The position numbers were made by a program, and so were the translations under genes. A stretch of 64,000 nt of DNA from Candidatus Kuenenia stuttgartensis (lineage in GTDB: Bacteria; Planctomycetota; Planctomycetia; Pirellulales; UBA1268), in contig CAMCQY010000002.1 in assembly GCA_945877135.1 (NCBI GenBank), forward strand, positions 22,796-86,795. The letters run 5' to 3'. Shown one piece after another: positions 18,698-28,340 of the stretch (positions are counted from its first letter, which is position 1; every line of letters starts with the position of its first letter). The notes beneath the pieces were generated by a model that was not told where the DNA came from, made no database searches, and worked only from the letters and a program-made list of their open reading frames with translations.

Positions 18698-19423
18698 CTA
18701 GGCCGCCTTCAAGACTGAGCCACCTACGGGGAGCCGGCCGGCGCCCGCAATCAATGCCGGCAGTTCGGAGAGGGTGGCAAACACCACCTCGCCCGCCGCT
18801 TTTCGCCGCTCCGCCCAAGACCGCCACTGCTCCATCTGACTGCGAATCGACGAGGTGTCGGCGACCGGCCCCAGCCCCCCTCCAATATCGACGACGGCCA
18901 GCGAGCCAGCCTGAGGCCCAGACAGGGAAGCCCAGGGCAGCAGGCGACTGACGAGGCCCGGTGGGGTTGCGGGTGTCTGCGTCACCTCCCAGAGGCCCCA
19001 GAGCGTGCTGCGGCACGGCCAGCCATGCGGTGCCGGACGGCGGGAGCCGCGGGTGGTGTCGTCCAACTGGTCACGGCAGACGACCCTGATGCCGCAGTCG
19101 ACCAGCACCCGCCGATGATCCGCCGGCAATGATCCCCGAATCACGGCCGCATCAAGACCGGGAACGTCGGCCGCGGCGCGGGCGAGCAACTGTCGGAGTT
19201 CCTGCCGCGACTGGTTGGCGGGAATCGCCAGGGCGACATGCGGCGCCGCCACGGTGCGGCGGTCTCCCACGATCAGCGGCAGCCGTTCGATCCCCGCGAT
19301 CCATGTCACCGGCAGCGCGGCCCGGCGACCCGACTCCAGGCACGCCTCTGCAGTTGCCTGCGGCATGCCGGACGGGAGCGGACAGCAAATGACGAGCGTG
19401 GTTGGCAGCCCCGATCGGCCCAT
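18698..19423 (-). CDS. Hypothetical protein
   Basis: 241-aa ORF with good codon bias. No motif recognised. Confidence 0.45.
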   Translation of the reverse strand: MGRSGLPTTLVICCPLPSGMPQATAEACLESGRRAALPVTWIAGIERLPLIVGDRRTVAAPHVALAIPANQSRQELRQLLARAAADVPGLDAAVIRGSLPADHRRVLVDCGIRVVCRDQLDDTTRGSRRPAPHGWPCRSTLWGLWEVTQTPATPPGLVSRLLPWASLSGPQAGSLAVVDIGGGLGPVADTSSIRSQMEQWRSWAERRKAAGEVVFATLSELPALIAGAGRLPVGGSVLKAA

Positions 19424-19544
19424 GACGAATCCCCCGTCGTGCCTGTGTGGGCGCTAGGCCCTCCATGGCCTGCCTCCCCCAGACTCTCTATCGTCGTGGG
19501 TTTCCACTGTTCTGGAATTTCCTCGCCGCAGGCAGCCGGTCCGG

Positions 19545-21119
19545 TCAGGCAGGCGGGGGGGCGTGGGCAATTTCCCAGTCCGCCATGGCGGCGACCAGAC
19601 TCTCTGCGGCAGCGGCCGCTGCCTCGACCGTGGGCTCGATTCCATGCTGCCGAAGGGTTGCCGACGTGATCGGGCTCAGGCTGGCGACCCGCCACCGTCC
19701 GATCTGCGAACCAAACAGCCGGATGGCCGATTCGGCGATCAGGGAACTGGTGATGGTGATCCAGTCCACCGGCATCTGGTCGATCACTGCGACGGTGGCC
19801 GTGTCGAGCGACTCGACAGGCTCGCTCGAATAGGCCGTCACTTCGCGCACCACGTGCCCGCGGGCCTCGAGTTCCCGCCGCATCAGGTCGCGGCCGCGGT
19901 TCGCTCGCACCAGCAGGAACCGGCTGGGCGTGGGAGCGCGGGCGAGGGCGGCCGTGATCCCTTCGGAGCGAAACAGCGTGGGCGTGAGGTCGCAGGTGAA
20001 GCCGGCGTGTTCCAAGGCCTCGCGTGTGGCCGGGCCGATGGCGATCAGCCTTGCCGTGCCAAGCGACCGGCCGTCGAGACCGGCTCCCCGCAGCCGGTCT
20101 ACGAAGCTCCGCACGCCGTTCGCGCTGGCGAAGACGATCCAGTCAAACGTGTCGGCCTGCCGGATGGCGTCATCGAGCGGCTGCCACGACTCTGGCGGCT
20201 GGATGCGGATCACGGGCACGCGAAGGGAGCGGCCGCCCGCCGCGCGGACGAGGCTGTCGAGATCGTCGCGAGGCCCACGTGGCCGGGTATTGAGGACCCG
20301 CCGTCCTGCGAGAGGTCCGCGGTCTCGCCCTCGATCCAGCGCGATGGAAGCCCCAACGACCGGCTGTGCCACCTCCCCGACGATCACCACGGCTGGCGAC
20401 GGCCAGTTGTTCCGCTCGAAGTCGGCGGCGCAGCGGGCCAGTGTGCTGACGGCGATGCGCTGGTCGGACCAGGAGCAGTGGCTCACGATCGTGACCGGCG
20501 TATCGGCCGGCTTGCCTGCCGACAGAAGCTCGCTCGACCACCGCTCGACCTGTTCCACGCCCATGTAAATGGCCAATGTTCCAGGCAGTGAGGCGAGTTG
20601 CCGAAAGTCGATCCCCTCCGGCTTGTCGGCGGCTTCGTGGCCGGTGAGGATCGTGAGGCTCGAGGCCGACGCGCGGCTGGTCAATGGAATACCGGCCGCG
20701 GCTGCGGCCGCGGCCGCAGCCGTGACGCCAGGGATGATCTCGACCGGGATGCCGGCTTCCCACACTGGGCCCATCTCCTCGCTGAGCCTGCCGAATACCG
20801 CCGGATCGCCCCCCTTCAGTCGAACCACCGTGCGGCCCTCCGCCGCCAGACGAGCAAGCAGCCGGCCGGTCGCCTCGCCGGGGTCGCCGTTCCCTTCCCG
20901 TCCATCCCGCGGCACTGCCAGCCGCGCGGCAGCCGGGGCGGCCATGTCGAGCACGTCCGCGGGCACGAGCGTGTCGTACACCACCACATCGGCAAGCCGT
21001 AGGCAGTCCAAGGCCCGGACGGTGAGCAGCCCGGGATCGCCCGGCCCTGCGCCCACGAACAACACCTTGCCGTGGTGATCATGGTACGCGGATGGGGAAG
21101 CCGAACGGTCGCGAGGCAT
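19545..21119 (-). CDS. cobA: Fusion of uroporphyrinogen-III C-methyltransferase and uroporphyrinogen-III synthase
   Basis: The N-terminal half has the tetrapyrrole methylase motif VLFVGAGPGDPGLLTVRAL. The C-terminal ~250 aa look HemD-like (repeated flavodoxin-like halves). Confidence 0.8.
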   Translation of the reverse strand: MPRDRSASPSAYHDHHGKVLFVGAGPGDPGLLTVRALDCLRLADVVVYDTLVPADVLDMAAPAAARLAVPRDGREGNGDPGEATGRLLARLAAEGRTVVRLKGGDPAVFGRLSEEMGPVWEAGIPVEIIPGVTAAAAAAAAAGIPLTSRASASSLTILTGHEAADKPEGIDFRQLASLPGTLAIYMGVEQVERWSSELLSAGKPADTPVTIVSHCSWSDQRIAVSTLARCAADFERNNWPSPAVVIVGEVAQPVVGASIALDRGRDRGPLAGRRVLNTRPRGPRDDLDSLVRAAGGRSLRVPVIRIQPPESWQPLDDAIRQADTFDWIVFASANGVRSFVDRLRGAGLDGRSLGTARLIAIGPATREALEHAGFTCDLTPTLFRSEGITAALARAPTPSRFLLVRANRGRDLMRRELEARGHVVREVTAYSSEPVESLDTATVAVIDQMPVDWITITSSLIAESAIRLFGSQIGRWRVASLSPITSATLRQHGIEPTVEAAAAAAESLVAAMADWEIAHAPPPA

Positions 21120-21382
21120 CGGAAAAGTGGCGGTCTGGGTGGGGCCGCGGCTGGCGGCAGGCGGCGGAGACAGGGAATGGGGGGCGGTCGGTGTGGGGAT
21201 CGCTGCGTCAGGGCAGGCCTTTGAGGCTTATGGGGCCGGGGGCTACACTCTGGCTTCTCGCCACGACACAGCGGTGCATGCATCGCTTGGCCATGGCAGC
21301 ATACCGTGCCCGCGGGATTGCCGGATCTGTTCCTGCAGGATCACGCCGAGGCCCCGCGATTCCACTTTCGACCCAAACTTTC

Positions 21383-22810
21383 ATGGCGAATGAGTCTCCA
21401 GCGGCCGGAACGGGTTCTGCAGCCCCGCAGCCGGCGGCCTCGCTGTCGCCGGCGGAGAGGTCGCGGCTGGCCCAGTGCTTCCAGCATGCTACGCAGAGCG
21501 TCGCGAAAAACATCGATTATGCGATTGAGATGTTCTCCGTCTGCGTGGCGGGCGATCCGGCCAATGCCGTCTACCTCCAGAATCTGCTGGGAGCCTTGCG
21601 GATCAAGCACGGCGGCAAGAAGGGGGGCGGTTTGGCGGCACTCTGGTCGGCGGGGGGGCGGGGAGGCCTCAGAAAGCTGATCGCGGCTGGAAAATGTCGA
21701 GAAGCGATTGCCCAGGGTGTGGAGATCATCAAGGGCAATCCCGCCGAGTCTGGCAGCCTGCTCCTCATGGCGGAAGCCTGCGGGAAACTCGGATTCGGAG
21801 ACACGCAGCGGGTCTATCTCAAAGCGGCGCTCGACGCCGCGCCTGCGGACGTGGAAGTGAACCGCAAGTGTGCCGATTTCCTCTCCTCGTATGGCGAATA
21901 CGACCAGGCCATCGCCTGTTGGATGCGTATCGGCAATGCGAAGGGGATGTCCGATGAGGCCCAGCGGCAGGTCGCGAAGCTCCAAGTTGACAAAACCATC
22001 GCCGCCGGTGAGGGCCTGACCGGCAGGAAGCCGGCTGCTGCCGCCGGCCAGAAGGTGGAAGCAGCCGCCGAAGGAGAGAGTTCCCAGGACCGTCGCTCCG
22101 CCCTCTTGGCAGCCATCACGAAGAATCCGGCCACCATCGAGCCGTATCTCGAACTGGCTGATCTCGTGGAGCGGGACGGCACGGTTGAAGAGGCCCAGAA
22201 AGTGCTTTCTAAGGCGCTTGCCGCCTCGGGGAACGACCTCAAGGTTCGCGAGCATATCGAAGACCGTCAACTCCGCTGGACGCGTCACCGGCTGCAGTTG
22301 GCGGAGAAACGCCTGGCAGAGGAGGACACTCCCGGCAATCGCCAGGCCGTCGAGCAACTCCGTGCCGCACAGCTGAAGTATGAGATCGAGGTCTACTCCG
22401 CCCGCACCGTCCGCTATCCGGAAAACATCAGTTGGAAATACGAGTTGGCCATGCGGCTGAAGGCTGCCGGGAATCATACGGAGGCCATCCGCCAGTTTCA
22501 GGACGTGCTGCAGGACGCTCGCCGCAAGGGGGCGGTGGCGCTCGAACTTGGCGAATGTTTCCAGAAGATTCGGCAGTATCCTTTGGCAATGCGGAATTAC
22601 CAGACAGCCGTTGACTCGTTGACCGACCGAGAACAGGACCTCCGCAAACGGGCCCTCTACCGAGCGGGCGTGCTGGCGGCCGGTCTGGATGACATCGACT
22701 CTGCCCGGAAATACCTCTCCGCGCTCGCCGAACTCGACTTTGGCTACCGCGATGTGGCCCAACGTCTGGACAAGCTGACGCCGGCAAAGGATAAAGGGGC
22801 CGGAAACTAA
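21383..22810 (+). CDS. TPR-repeat protein
   Basis: Multiple TPR-like helical repeats (for example AIRQFQDVLQDARRKGAVALELGECFQKIRQYPLAMRNYQTA). Start placed at ATG 21383 (MANESP). Confidence 0.7.
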   Translation: MANESPAAGTGSAAPQPAASLSPAERSRLAQCFQHATQSVAKNIDYAIEMFSVCVAGDPANAVYLQNLLGALRIKHGGKKGGGLAALWSAGGRGGLRKLIAAGKCREAIAQGVEIIKGNPAESGSLLLMAEACGKLGFGDTQRVYLKAALDAAPADVEVNRKCADFLSSYGEYDQAIACWMRIGNAKGMSDEAQRQVAKLQVDKTIAAGEGLTGRKPAAAAGQKVEAAAEGESSQDRRSALLAAITKNPATIEPYLELADLVERDGTVEEAQKVLSKALAASGNDLKVREHIEDRQLRWTRHRLQLAEKRLAEEDTPGNRQAVEQLRAAQLKYEIEVYSARTVRYPENISWKYELAMRLKAAGNHTEAIRQFQDVLQDARRKGAVALELGECFQKIRQYPLAMRNYQTAVDSLTDREQDLRKRALYRAGVLAAGLDDIDSARKYLSALAELDFGYRDVAQRLDKLTPAKDKGAGN

Positions 22811-22876
22811 TCGTTGTCCACAGTCTGCCAGTCGATTGTCTGCGAGTGATCGCAGCGGGCCTCCGAAGGCCTCCAG

Positions 22877-22908
22877 CCCTATGGGTGAGCCCATGGGGTC
22901 GTGTTTTC
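22877..22908 (+). terminator. Putative intrinsic terminator after the TPR gene
   Basis: 9-bp stem CCCTATGGG / CCCATGGGG with loop TGAG, followed by TCGTGTTTTC. Confidence 0.45.
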
Positions 22909-22951
22909 AAACCGTTTTCGTTCCACCGATCTTGAGAGGGTAGTTACCGGC

Positions 22952-23332
22952 ATGCCACACTCGGCCAGCGCCAAGAAGCGACACAAGCAGAATCTCCGCA
23001 ACCGCGAGCGCAATCGCGCTGCTAAGTCGGAGCTGAAGTCCCACATTCGGAAGGTGCTCTCGGCGATCGAGGCCGGGGACGCCACCCAGGCCCGCGAAGC
23101 ACTGCGAGTTGTGGCCAGTTCGGCTGATAAGGCCGCCGCCTCGAAGAAGATTCATCGCAATAAGGCGGCGCGGATCAAGTCGCGGCTTTCAAAGCGGATG
23201 CTGGTGGCGTCGAAGGCCGGCACGGCGGCCACCCCCGCCAAGGGCAGTGGTGCCAAGGCGAGTGGGGCCAAGGGCAGTTCGACCAAGGCTGCTGGAAAGG
23301 GCAAGAAGGCGGCTGCCAAGCCAAAGGCCTGA
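22952..23332 (+). CDS. rpsT: 30S ribosomal protein S20 with a Lys/Ala-rich C-terminal extension
   Basis: MPHSASAKKRHKQNLRNRERNRAAKSELK...KKIHRNKAARIKSRLSKRM, followed by a ~40-aa AKGSGAKASGAKGS...KKAAAKPKA tail. Confidence 0.92.
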   Translation: MPHSASAKKRHKQNLRNRERNRAAKSELKSHIRKVLSAIEAGDATQAREALRVVASSADKAAASKKIHRNKAARIKSRLSKRMLVASKAGTAATPAKGSGAKASGAKGSSTKAAGKGKKAAAKPKA

Positions 23333-23390
23333 CGCCTTCGGCCTAACGCCTTCGGAAAGCGCAGCGGGAAAAGTTCGCCGGCCTCCCGCA

Positions 23391-24368
23391 TCACCAGGCA
23401 ATGCGAGTCGCGTCGAAGACGGGGCCCTCGATGCAGGTTCGCCGGTAGTCCCAACCCCCTGAGCCATCGCGGACGCGGGCCACGCACGTGAAGCAGATCC
23501 CGATGCCACAGGCCATCGGGGCCTCCAGTGACACGTCGCACGTGATGCTTCGGGCCGCCGACCAGCGGGCCACGGCGGCCATCATCGGATCGGGGCCGCA
23601 GCAGGCGACGTGGAGGCTGCGGGGCTGATCGGCCGCTGCGGAAACGTGCGGCGAGGTGTCGGCCGGATCGCAGCCCGCACCCGTCGGGCCGAACAGCGAA
23701 TCGAGCAGATCCACGACCGTCCCGCGGTGGCCGGCGGAGCCGTCGAGCGTGGCTTGGTGCACGTCGATACCGGCGGCTCGGTAGTCTTCGATGCCGCCGA
23801 AGAGTCCGGCGTGCCTGGCGCCCCAGCAACAGGTGACCCGGCGACACCGTGCCGGCGACGGCCGAGATGACGGTCCATAGGTCGTCTGGCCCAGTCGCTC
23901 GCGACCCAGACTCAACAGGGCCGTCTGGCCGATGCCCCCCGCGACGAGCACCAGATGGTCTACGGCCGGGATCTGAAACCCGTTGCCCAAAGGGCCCCAC
24001 GCGATTAGTTCCTGGCCAACCGTCATGTCCTGCAGTGCGGTCGTAAACCGGCCGTGCACGGCATAGATGAAGTCGGCGTAGCGGCGGGGCGATCCTCCGC
24101 CCTGCCCCGCGGCGTCGTCGCTGAAGGTGTCGTAGACGGCCAGCGGGCGGGCCAGCAGCGGATCGCTGCGGTGAGGAATGCGAACCATGGCGAACTGGCC
24201 TGGAACCGCGGCGGCGGCGATCGCAGGGCAGTCGAGCCGGAGCCGCCAGGTGTTGTCGGCGATCCGGCTGTGGGCCACGATCCGTGCCGAGGCGAAGGCC
24301 GCGGTGTCGGCGTAACAGGGCTGGCCGAGTGGCTGCTCGGCGATGGTGCTCGCAGTGCCTGAACTCAT
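23391..24368 (-). CDS. PyrK-like FAD/NAD(P)-binding oxidoreductase with a 2Fe-2S cluster
   Basis: FNR-like fold (VPGQFAMVRI, LVLVAGGIGQTAL) and a C-terminal Cys cluster CGIGICFTC. No pyrD is adjacent. Confidence 0.7.
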   Translation of the reverse strand: MSSGTASTIAEQPLGQPCYADTAAFASARIVAHSRIADNTWRLRLDCPAIAAAAVPGQFAMVRIPHRSDPLLARPLAVYDTFSDDAAGQGGGSPRRYADFIYAVHGRFTTALQDMTVGQELIAWGPLGNGFQIPAVDHLVLVAGGIGQTALLSLGRERLGQTTYGPSSRPSPARCRRVTCCWGARHAGLFGGIEDYRAAGIDVHQATLDGSAGHRGTVVDLLDSLFGPTGAGCDPADTSPHVSAAADQPRSLHVACCGPDPMMAAVARWSAARSITCDVSLEAPMACGIGICFTCVARVRDGSGGWDYRRTCIEGPVFDATRIAW

Positions 24369-24428
24369 CGGAATCCTTTCGCTTGCGTGGGGCTTATCGG
24401 GAGCGGCCGTCGGGGCAACGCGGGCTGG

Positions 24429-25781
24429 TCACTCGCCGCGGGGCTTCCGCCATGAGGAGGCTTTGCCGGGCTTTCGCGGCCGTCGCGGGGGCCGGCCCGC
24501 GGGCCTTCTGGGCTCCTGCTCCGCGCCCTGCCCGGCCGGACTCCGAGGCCTGACGCCCTTGCCGGCCGGCAGCCTGGAGCCCTGGCTCCCGTTTCCCTGG
24601 CTTCTGGTGCCTACGCTTCTCGTTCCCTGGCTTCTCGTTCCCTGGCTCCGCTGGCCTTGATCACGGTGCGTGCCGCGGGGTGCCCCCTGCCCTGCACGCG
24701 GGCGTGGTGGGCCTGCTGGCCTGCGTCCGGGGCCGCCGTCGCGACCAGGACCACCAGAACGGCCCGGCCTGCCCGGCCGTTCATCCCGGATCGGATCGTT
24801 CATGCGTTCGGCCTCGATCGGGCCGACAGCTGCGATGGCGTCGTGCCTGAGAGCCTCGATTTCGCTCCAGGCGAGCTGTCGCCACTGGCTGGGGAGCAGG
24901 TTGCCCAGCGAGAGTTTGCCAACACCGACCCGCTTGAGTTGGTGCACCTTGTGGCCGAGCCGTGCCAGCATCCGCCGGATTTCCCGATTCTTCCCCTCGT
25001 CGAGGATCATCTCAAGGACGGCGCTCTGCTTGTGTTGCGAGCGGATGTCCACCCGCTTGGCATGCACCTTCCCGTCGGCCAGCGTGATGCCGCGGCGGAT
25101 CTTATCGAGCAGTTCCTGGGACGGTACGCCCGCGACCTGCACGAGATATTTTTTTTCCACGCCATACCGCGGGTGGGAGAGCAGATTCGCGAGTGCACCG
25201 TCGTTGGTCACGAGGATCAGTCCCTCGCTCATGCGGTCGAGCCGGCCGATGGCGAACAGCCGCTGCTCGCCGGGCACCAGGTCCACCACGCGGGGCCTGC
25301 CGGAGGGGTCGAAGTTGGTGGTGACCACACCGACCGGCTTGTTGAGCATGTAGACGACACGCTTTGGATTCGGCAGTTTCTCGCCGTCCACCCGCACCTC
25401 GGACTTGAGCGGATCGATCCGCGTGCCGAGCAGGGTGACGACCTGCCGGTCAATTTCGACGCGACCGGATGTAATCAGCTCCTCGCAGGTTCTCCGGCTG
25501 CCGAGGCCGGCTGCAGCGAGCACTTTCTGGAGCCGCTCCAGGCCGTCATCGAGGGCCTCGAGCCGACGCTTGGCGGCACTGCGGGCATCGTCTTCGTCGG
25601 GGAGTTGCTGCCGCTGCGGGGGGCGACGCGACGTGATCCGCGAGGGCTCCACGCGGGGAGGACGTGGGGGACGGGATGGACGCGAGGGGCGGGCAGGCTT
25701 GGGGCCGCGTGGGGAGCGTGGGGGGCGGTCTGCGGGCACGGTGGAACAATCCATCGAAAAGTGGCTGGACTCAGGCGGCAT
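24429..25781 (-). CDS. rluB: 23S rRNA pseudouridine synthase, RluB/RsuA family, with Arg/Gly/Pro-rich tails
   Basis: S4 domain LQKVLAAAGLGSRRTCEELITSGRVEI. Catalytic motif FAIGRLDRMSEGLILVTNDG. Start uncertain (ATG 25781 or 25754). The ORF-track start at 25901 would overlap the upstream lipoprotein gene. Confidence 0.85.
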   Translation of the reverse strand: MPPESSHFSMDCSTVPADRPPRSPRGPKPARPSRPSRPPRPPRVEPSRITSRRPPQRQQLPDEDDARSAAKRRLEALDDGLERLQKVLAAAGLGSRRTCEELITSGRVEIDRQVVTLLGTRIDPLKSEVRVDGEKLPNPKRVVYMLNKPVGVVTTNFDPSGRPRVVDLVPGEQRLFAIGRLDRMSEGLILVTNDGALANLLSHPRYGVEKKYLVQVAGVPSQELLDKIRRGITLADGKVHAKRVDIRSQHKQSAVLEMILDEGKNREIRRMLARLGHKVHQLKRVGVGKLSLGNLLPSQWRQLAWSEIEALRHDAIAAVGPIEAERMNDPIRDERPGRPGRSGGPGRDGGPGRRPAGPPRPRAGQGAPRGTHRDQGQRSQGTRSQGTRSVGTRSQGNGSQGSRLPAGKGVRPRSPAGQGAEQEPRRPAGRPPRRPRKPGKASSWRKPRGE

Positions 25782-25882
25782 GCGACGATCGCTCCCGCGG
25801 CCACGATCATACACCCGCCAATGCTCCGCCGCGCACGCCGTGAACGACGGGGCAAAACGCGGTGCCTGCCGCTCGCTGGTGG

Positions 25883-26158
25883 CTACTGCACAGGCGACCA
25901 CCAGCGGGAGCGACGCACCTCCGGCACCGGCGTTGCAAAGTCGCGGGGCCGAGCGCCGTCCATCAGCGGGACGCGAAGGCTCGAGGGCGCGATGTCATCC
26001 TGCAGATAGGGGTCAAACCGCACGGCCCTCCGCCGCTGGAGTCGCTCCGGGCCCGGGTCGAGCCAGTCGGGCTTGCCCAGCGAGGCGCAGCCAGATGCTG
26101 TCGCCAGGGCTAGGCCCAGGGCCAGAATCGGCAGCAGCAGGGAACGGTACGCATGCAT
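25883..26158 (-). CDS. Small lipoprotein (hypothetical)
   Basis: MHAYRSLLLPILALGLALATASGC gives a signal peptide plus lipobox. Start placed at ATG 26158. Confidence 0.6.
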   Translation of the reverse strand: MHAYRSLLLPILALGLALATASGCASLGKPDWLDPGPERLQRRRAVRFDPYLQDDIAPSSLRVPLMDGARPRDFATPVPEVRRSRWWSPVQ

Positions 26159-26267
26159 GGGGAACCCACCGGGGCCTCGGGCTGTCGGGGGTCGGGAGTG
26201 TAGTGACCGCTCCCAGAGCTCCCCAAGGTCGGTTTTTGTGGGTTTTGCGAGGCAAAGGGCCTCGAGG

Positions 26268-26288
26268 AAAAGGGGCCCCGAGCCCCTT
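26268..26288 (-). terminator. Putative intrinsic terminator overlapping the manA stop codon
   Basis: Minus strand reads AAGGGGC-TCGGG-GCCCCTT followed by TT, so the T-run is short. Confidence 0.35.
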
Positions 26289-27288
26289 AAGGCAGCTGAA
26301 TGTGCAGCAGGGTCGTTGCAGCCGCGGCTGTGAGCACTTGGCGGCCGATCGATGCCGGCAGCAGCATGCACATGCCCTTCGTGAGCGGCGGCAGGTGCCA
26401 GCGGGGGTCGACGTGGACGTCTCCTGACAGCACGGCGAGAAAGTGACAGACGTCGTCGCCCCCCACGGCCCAGTCCCCGTGCGGTCGCACCTCGTCGAAG
26501 AGAAAGTAGTCGCAGGTTACGAGCCGACGGCTGACAGGGTCGGCGGTGGAGAGTGCGGCTGCTGACGGGATGGCCTGCGGCTGAACCGGCGCCACCGGGC
26601 CGAACTCGGTCACGGCTTCGAGTCCGGCTTCGATGTGGAGCGGTCTGGACTTGCCGTCGGCACCGGTGCGGTTCCAGTCGTAGAGCCGGTAGGTGACATC
26701 GCTCGACTCCTGGATTTCGGCGACGGCGAGGCCGGCCCCGATCGCGTGGACGGTGCCAGCCGGGATAAACACGCAGTCGCCGGCGCGCGGTTCAAACGAA
26801 TGCATCACCTCGTCGCAGCGGCCCGCCCGCAGGGCTGCTGCCAGCGACTCACGATCGACACCGGCATGGAGTCCGGCATAGATGCGGCTGCCCGGGGCGG
26901 CATCGATCACATACCAGGCCTCCGTCTTACCCAGATCGGGTGGGGAGAGTCTGGCGGCCCGCGCATCGTCAGGGTGGACCTGCACCGAAAGGTCGCGGCA
27001 GGCATCGAGAAACTTGAAGAGGAGCGGGAAAACAGCCCGAGGCGCGTGGCGGCCGAGTAGCTCGGGGCCCCGCTGCCGCACCAGTTCGCCGAGCGTCGTT
27101 CCCGCCAGCGGGCCGGCCGCCACGACGCTCTGGTCGGTGCCGCGGTCCACGAGTTCCCACGATTCGGCGAAGTCATCCCCGGGCGGCAGGAGCCTGTCGA
27201 GGTGCGTCGCAAAGCGGCGTCCTCCCCAGAGGTAGCGGCGGTAGAGGGGCGTGAGCAGGAGTGGGTGCATGGTGATTGCCTCAGACAT
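26287..27288 (-). CDS. manA: Mannose-6-phosphate isomerase, class I
   Basis: Type I PMI cupin motifs: YLWGG, ESWE, LLFKFLDACRDLSVQVHPDD and GTVHAIGAG. Confidence 0.8.
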   Translation of the reverse strand: MSEAITMHPLLLTPLYRRYLWGGRRFATHLDRLLPPGDDFAESWELVDRGTDQSVVAAGPLAGTTLGELVRQRGPELLGRHAPRAVFPLLFKFLDACRDLSVQVHPDDARAARLSPPDLGKTEAWYVIDAAPGSRIYAGLHAGVDRESLAAALRAGRCDEVMHSFEPRAGDCVFIPAGTVHAIGAGLAVAEIQESSDVTYRLYDWNRTGADGKSRPLHIEAGLEAVTEFGPVAPVQPQAIPSAAALSTADPVSRRLVTCDYFLFDEVRPHGDWAVGGDDVCHFLAVLSGDVHVDPRWHLPPLTKGMCMLLPASIGRQVLTAAAATTLLHIQLP

Positions 27289-27544
27289 TGCGGAAGTAGC
27301 CCTCCACGATTCGGCCGATCCAGAAGCAACAGATCGCGGCGACCAGCATCACCAGCATCTGCCCGAGCGAGATCACGTGGTTGAGTTCGAGGAGGATGGC
27401 GACCGCAGGGATCGCGAGGCCGAGAAACTGGCCAAGCCGACCAAGTGCTGCCATCGAATCAGTCTCCGACGAGGAGGTTGGGGGAGGGAATCGGGCGGTC
27501 ACACGACCGGGCAGATCGTAGAACGTCGCGGCGGTTTCTGCCAT
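27281..27544 (-). CDS. Small membrane protein (hypothetical)
   Basis: Two hydrophobic segments (FLGLAIPAVAILL, MLVMLVAAICCFWIG). Its stop overlaps the manA start by 8 nt. The start may instead be ATG 27454. Confidence 0.45.
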   Translation of the reverse strand: MAETAATFYDLPGRVTARFPPPTSSSETDSMAALGRLGQFLGLAIPAVAILLELNHVISLGQMLVMLVAAICCFWIGRIVEGYFRNV

Positions 27545-27680
27545 GCGAACCCCACCGCCCGACCCCCTTTTTGCTCGCTATCCAGCGGCAGAGGCTTGTC
27601 GCCGCCGATTTCCCGGCGATACTTCCGCCATCGCATTGAAGGTTCACCGCTTCCATTTTTCCCGTCAGGAGATACGCACC

Positions 27681-28205
27681 ATGGGTCGGCACGGCGCAGT
27701 CACGTTTAAGGGTAATCCGCTCACGCTGGTGGGTGACGAGGTGAAGGTCGGCTCGCCCGCCCCCGATTTCGATCTGATGAATTACGGCGCCGGTGGCATG
27801 ACGCACATCCGTAAGGCCGACCTGCTCGGCAAGCCGGCGTTCATCAGCGTGGTGCCCTCGCTCGACACGCCGGTCTGCCAGGTGCAGACGAAAACGTTCA
27901 ACACGCGGCTGGCCGCCCTCGGAGACAAGGTGTCGGCTCTTACCGTCAGCCTCGACCTGCCGTTTGCAATGACCCGGTTCTGCGGCGCCGAGGACATCAA
28001 GTCGATGCAGACGGGCAGCGACTACATGGACCGCAACTTCGGCACACACTGGGGCGTGCTGATCGACGAGTTGAAGATCCTCGCGCGGGCGGTTTTCGTG
28101 CTCGACTCCAAGGGCGTCGTGCAATACGCACAGGTCGTCACGGAAGTAGCCAGCGAGCCCGATTACGACGCCGCCCTCGCCGCGTTGCAGAAGCTCGTCG
28201 GGTAA
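27681..28205 (+). CDS. tpx: Thiol peroxidase (atypical 2-Cys peroxiredoxin)
   Basis: VVPSLDTPVCQVQTKTFN (peroxidatic Cys) and MTRFCGAE (resolving Cys). AGGAGA lies 8 nt upstream of ATG 27681. Confidence 0.9.
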   Translation: MGRHGAVTFKGNPLTLVGDEVKVGSPAPDFDLMNYGAGGMTHIRKADLLGKPAFISVVPSLDTPVCQVQTKTFNTRLAALGDKVSALTVSLDLPFAMTRFCGAEDIKSMQTGSDYMDRNFGTHWGVLIDELKILARAVFVLDSKGVVQYAQVVTEVASEPDYDAALAALQKLVG

Positions 28206-28245
28206 GCTCGTCGGGTTATTCAGCTCCGGGCAATCCCCCAGCAGT

Positions 28246-28340
28246 TCCCATACGAGCCCGCGACGCGCGAGCGAGGGAATGGCGTAGCCATTGTCGGAAG
28301 GCCGACCGTATTCCCTTGCTTGCGCTGCGGGCTTGGATGG
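28246..28340. repeat. Family A hairpin repeat, copy 4
   Basis: Arms TCCCATACGAGCCCGCGACGCGCGAGCGAGGGAAT (28246-28280) and ATTCCCTTGCTTGCGCTGCGGGCTTGGATGG (28310-28340). Confidence 0.85.
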
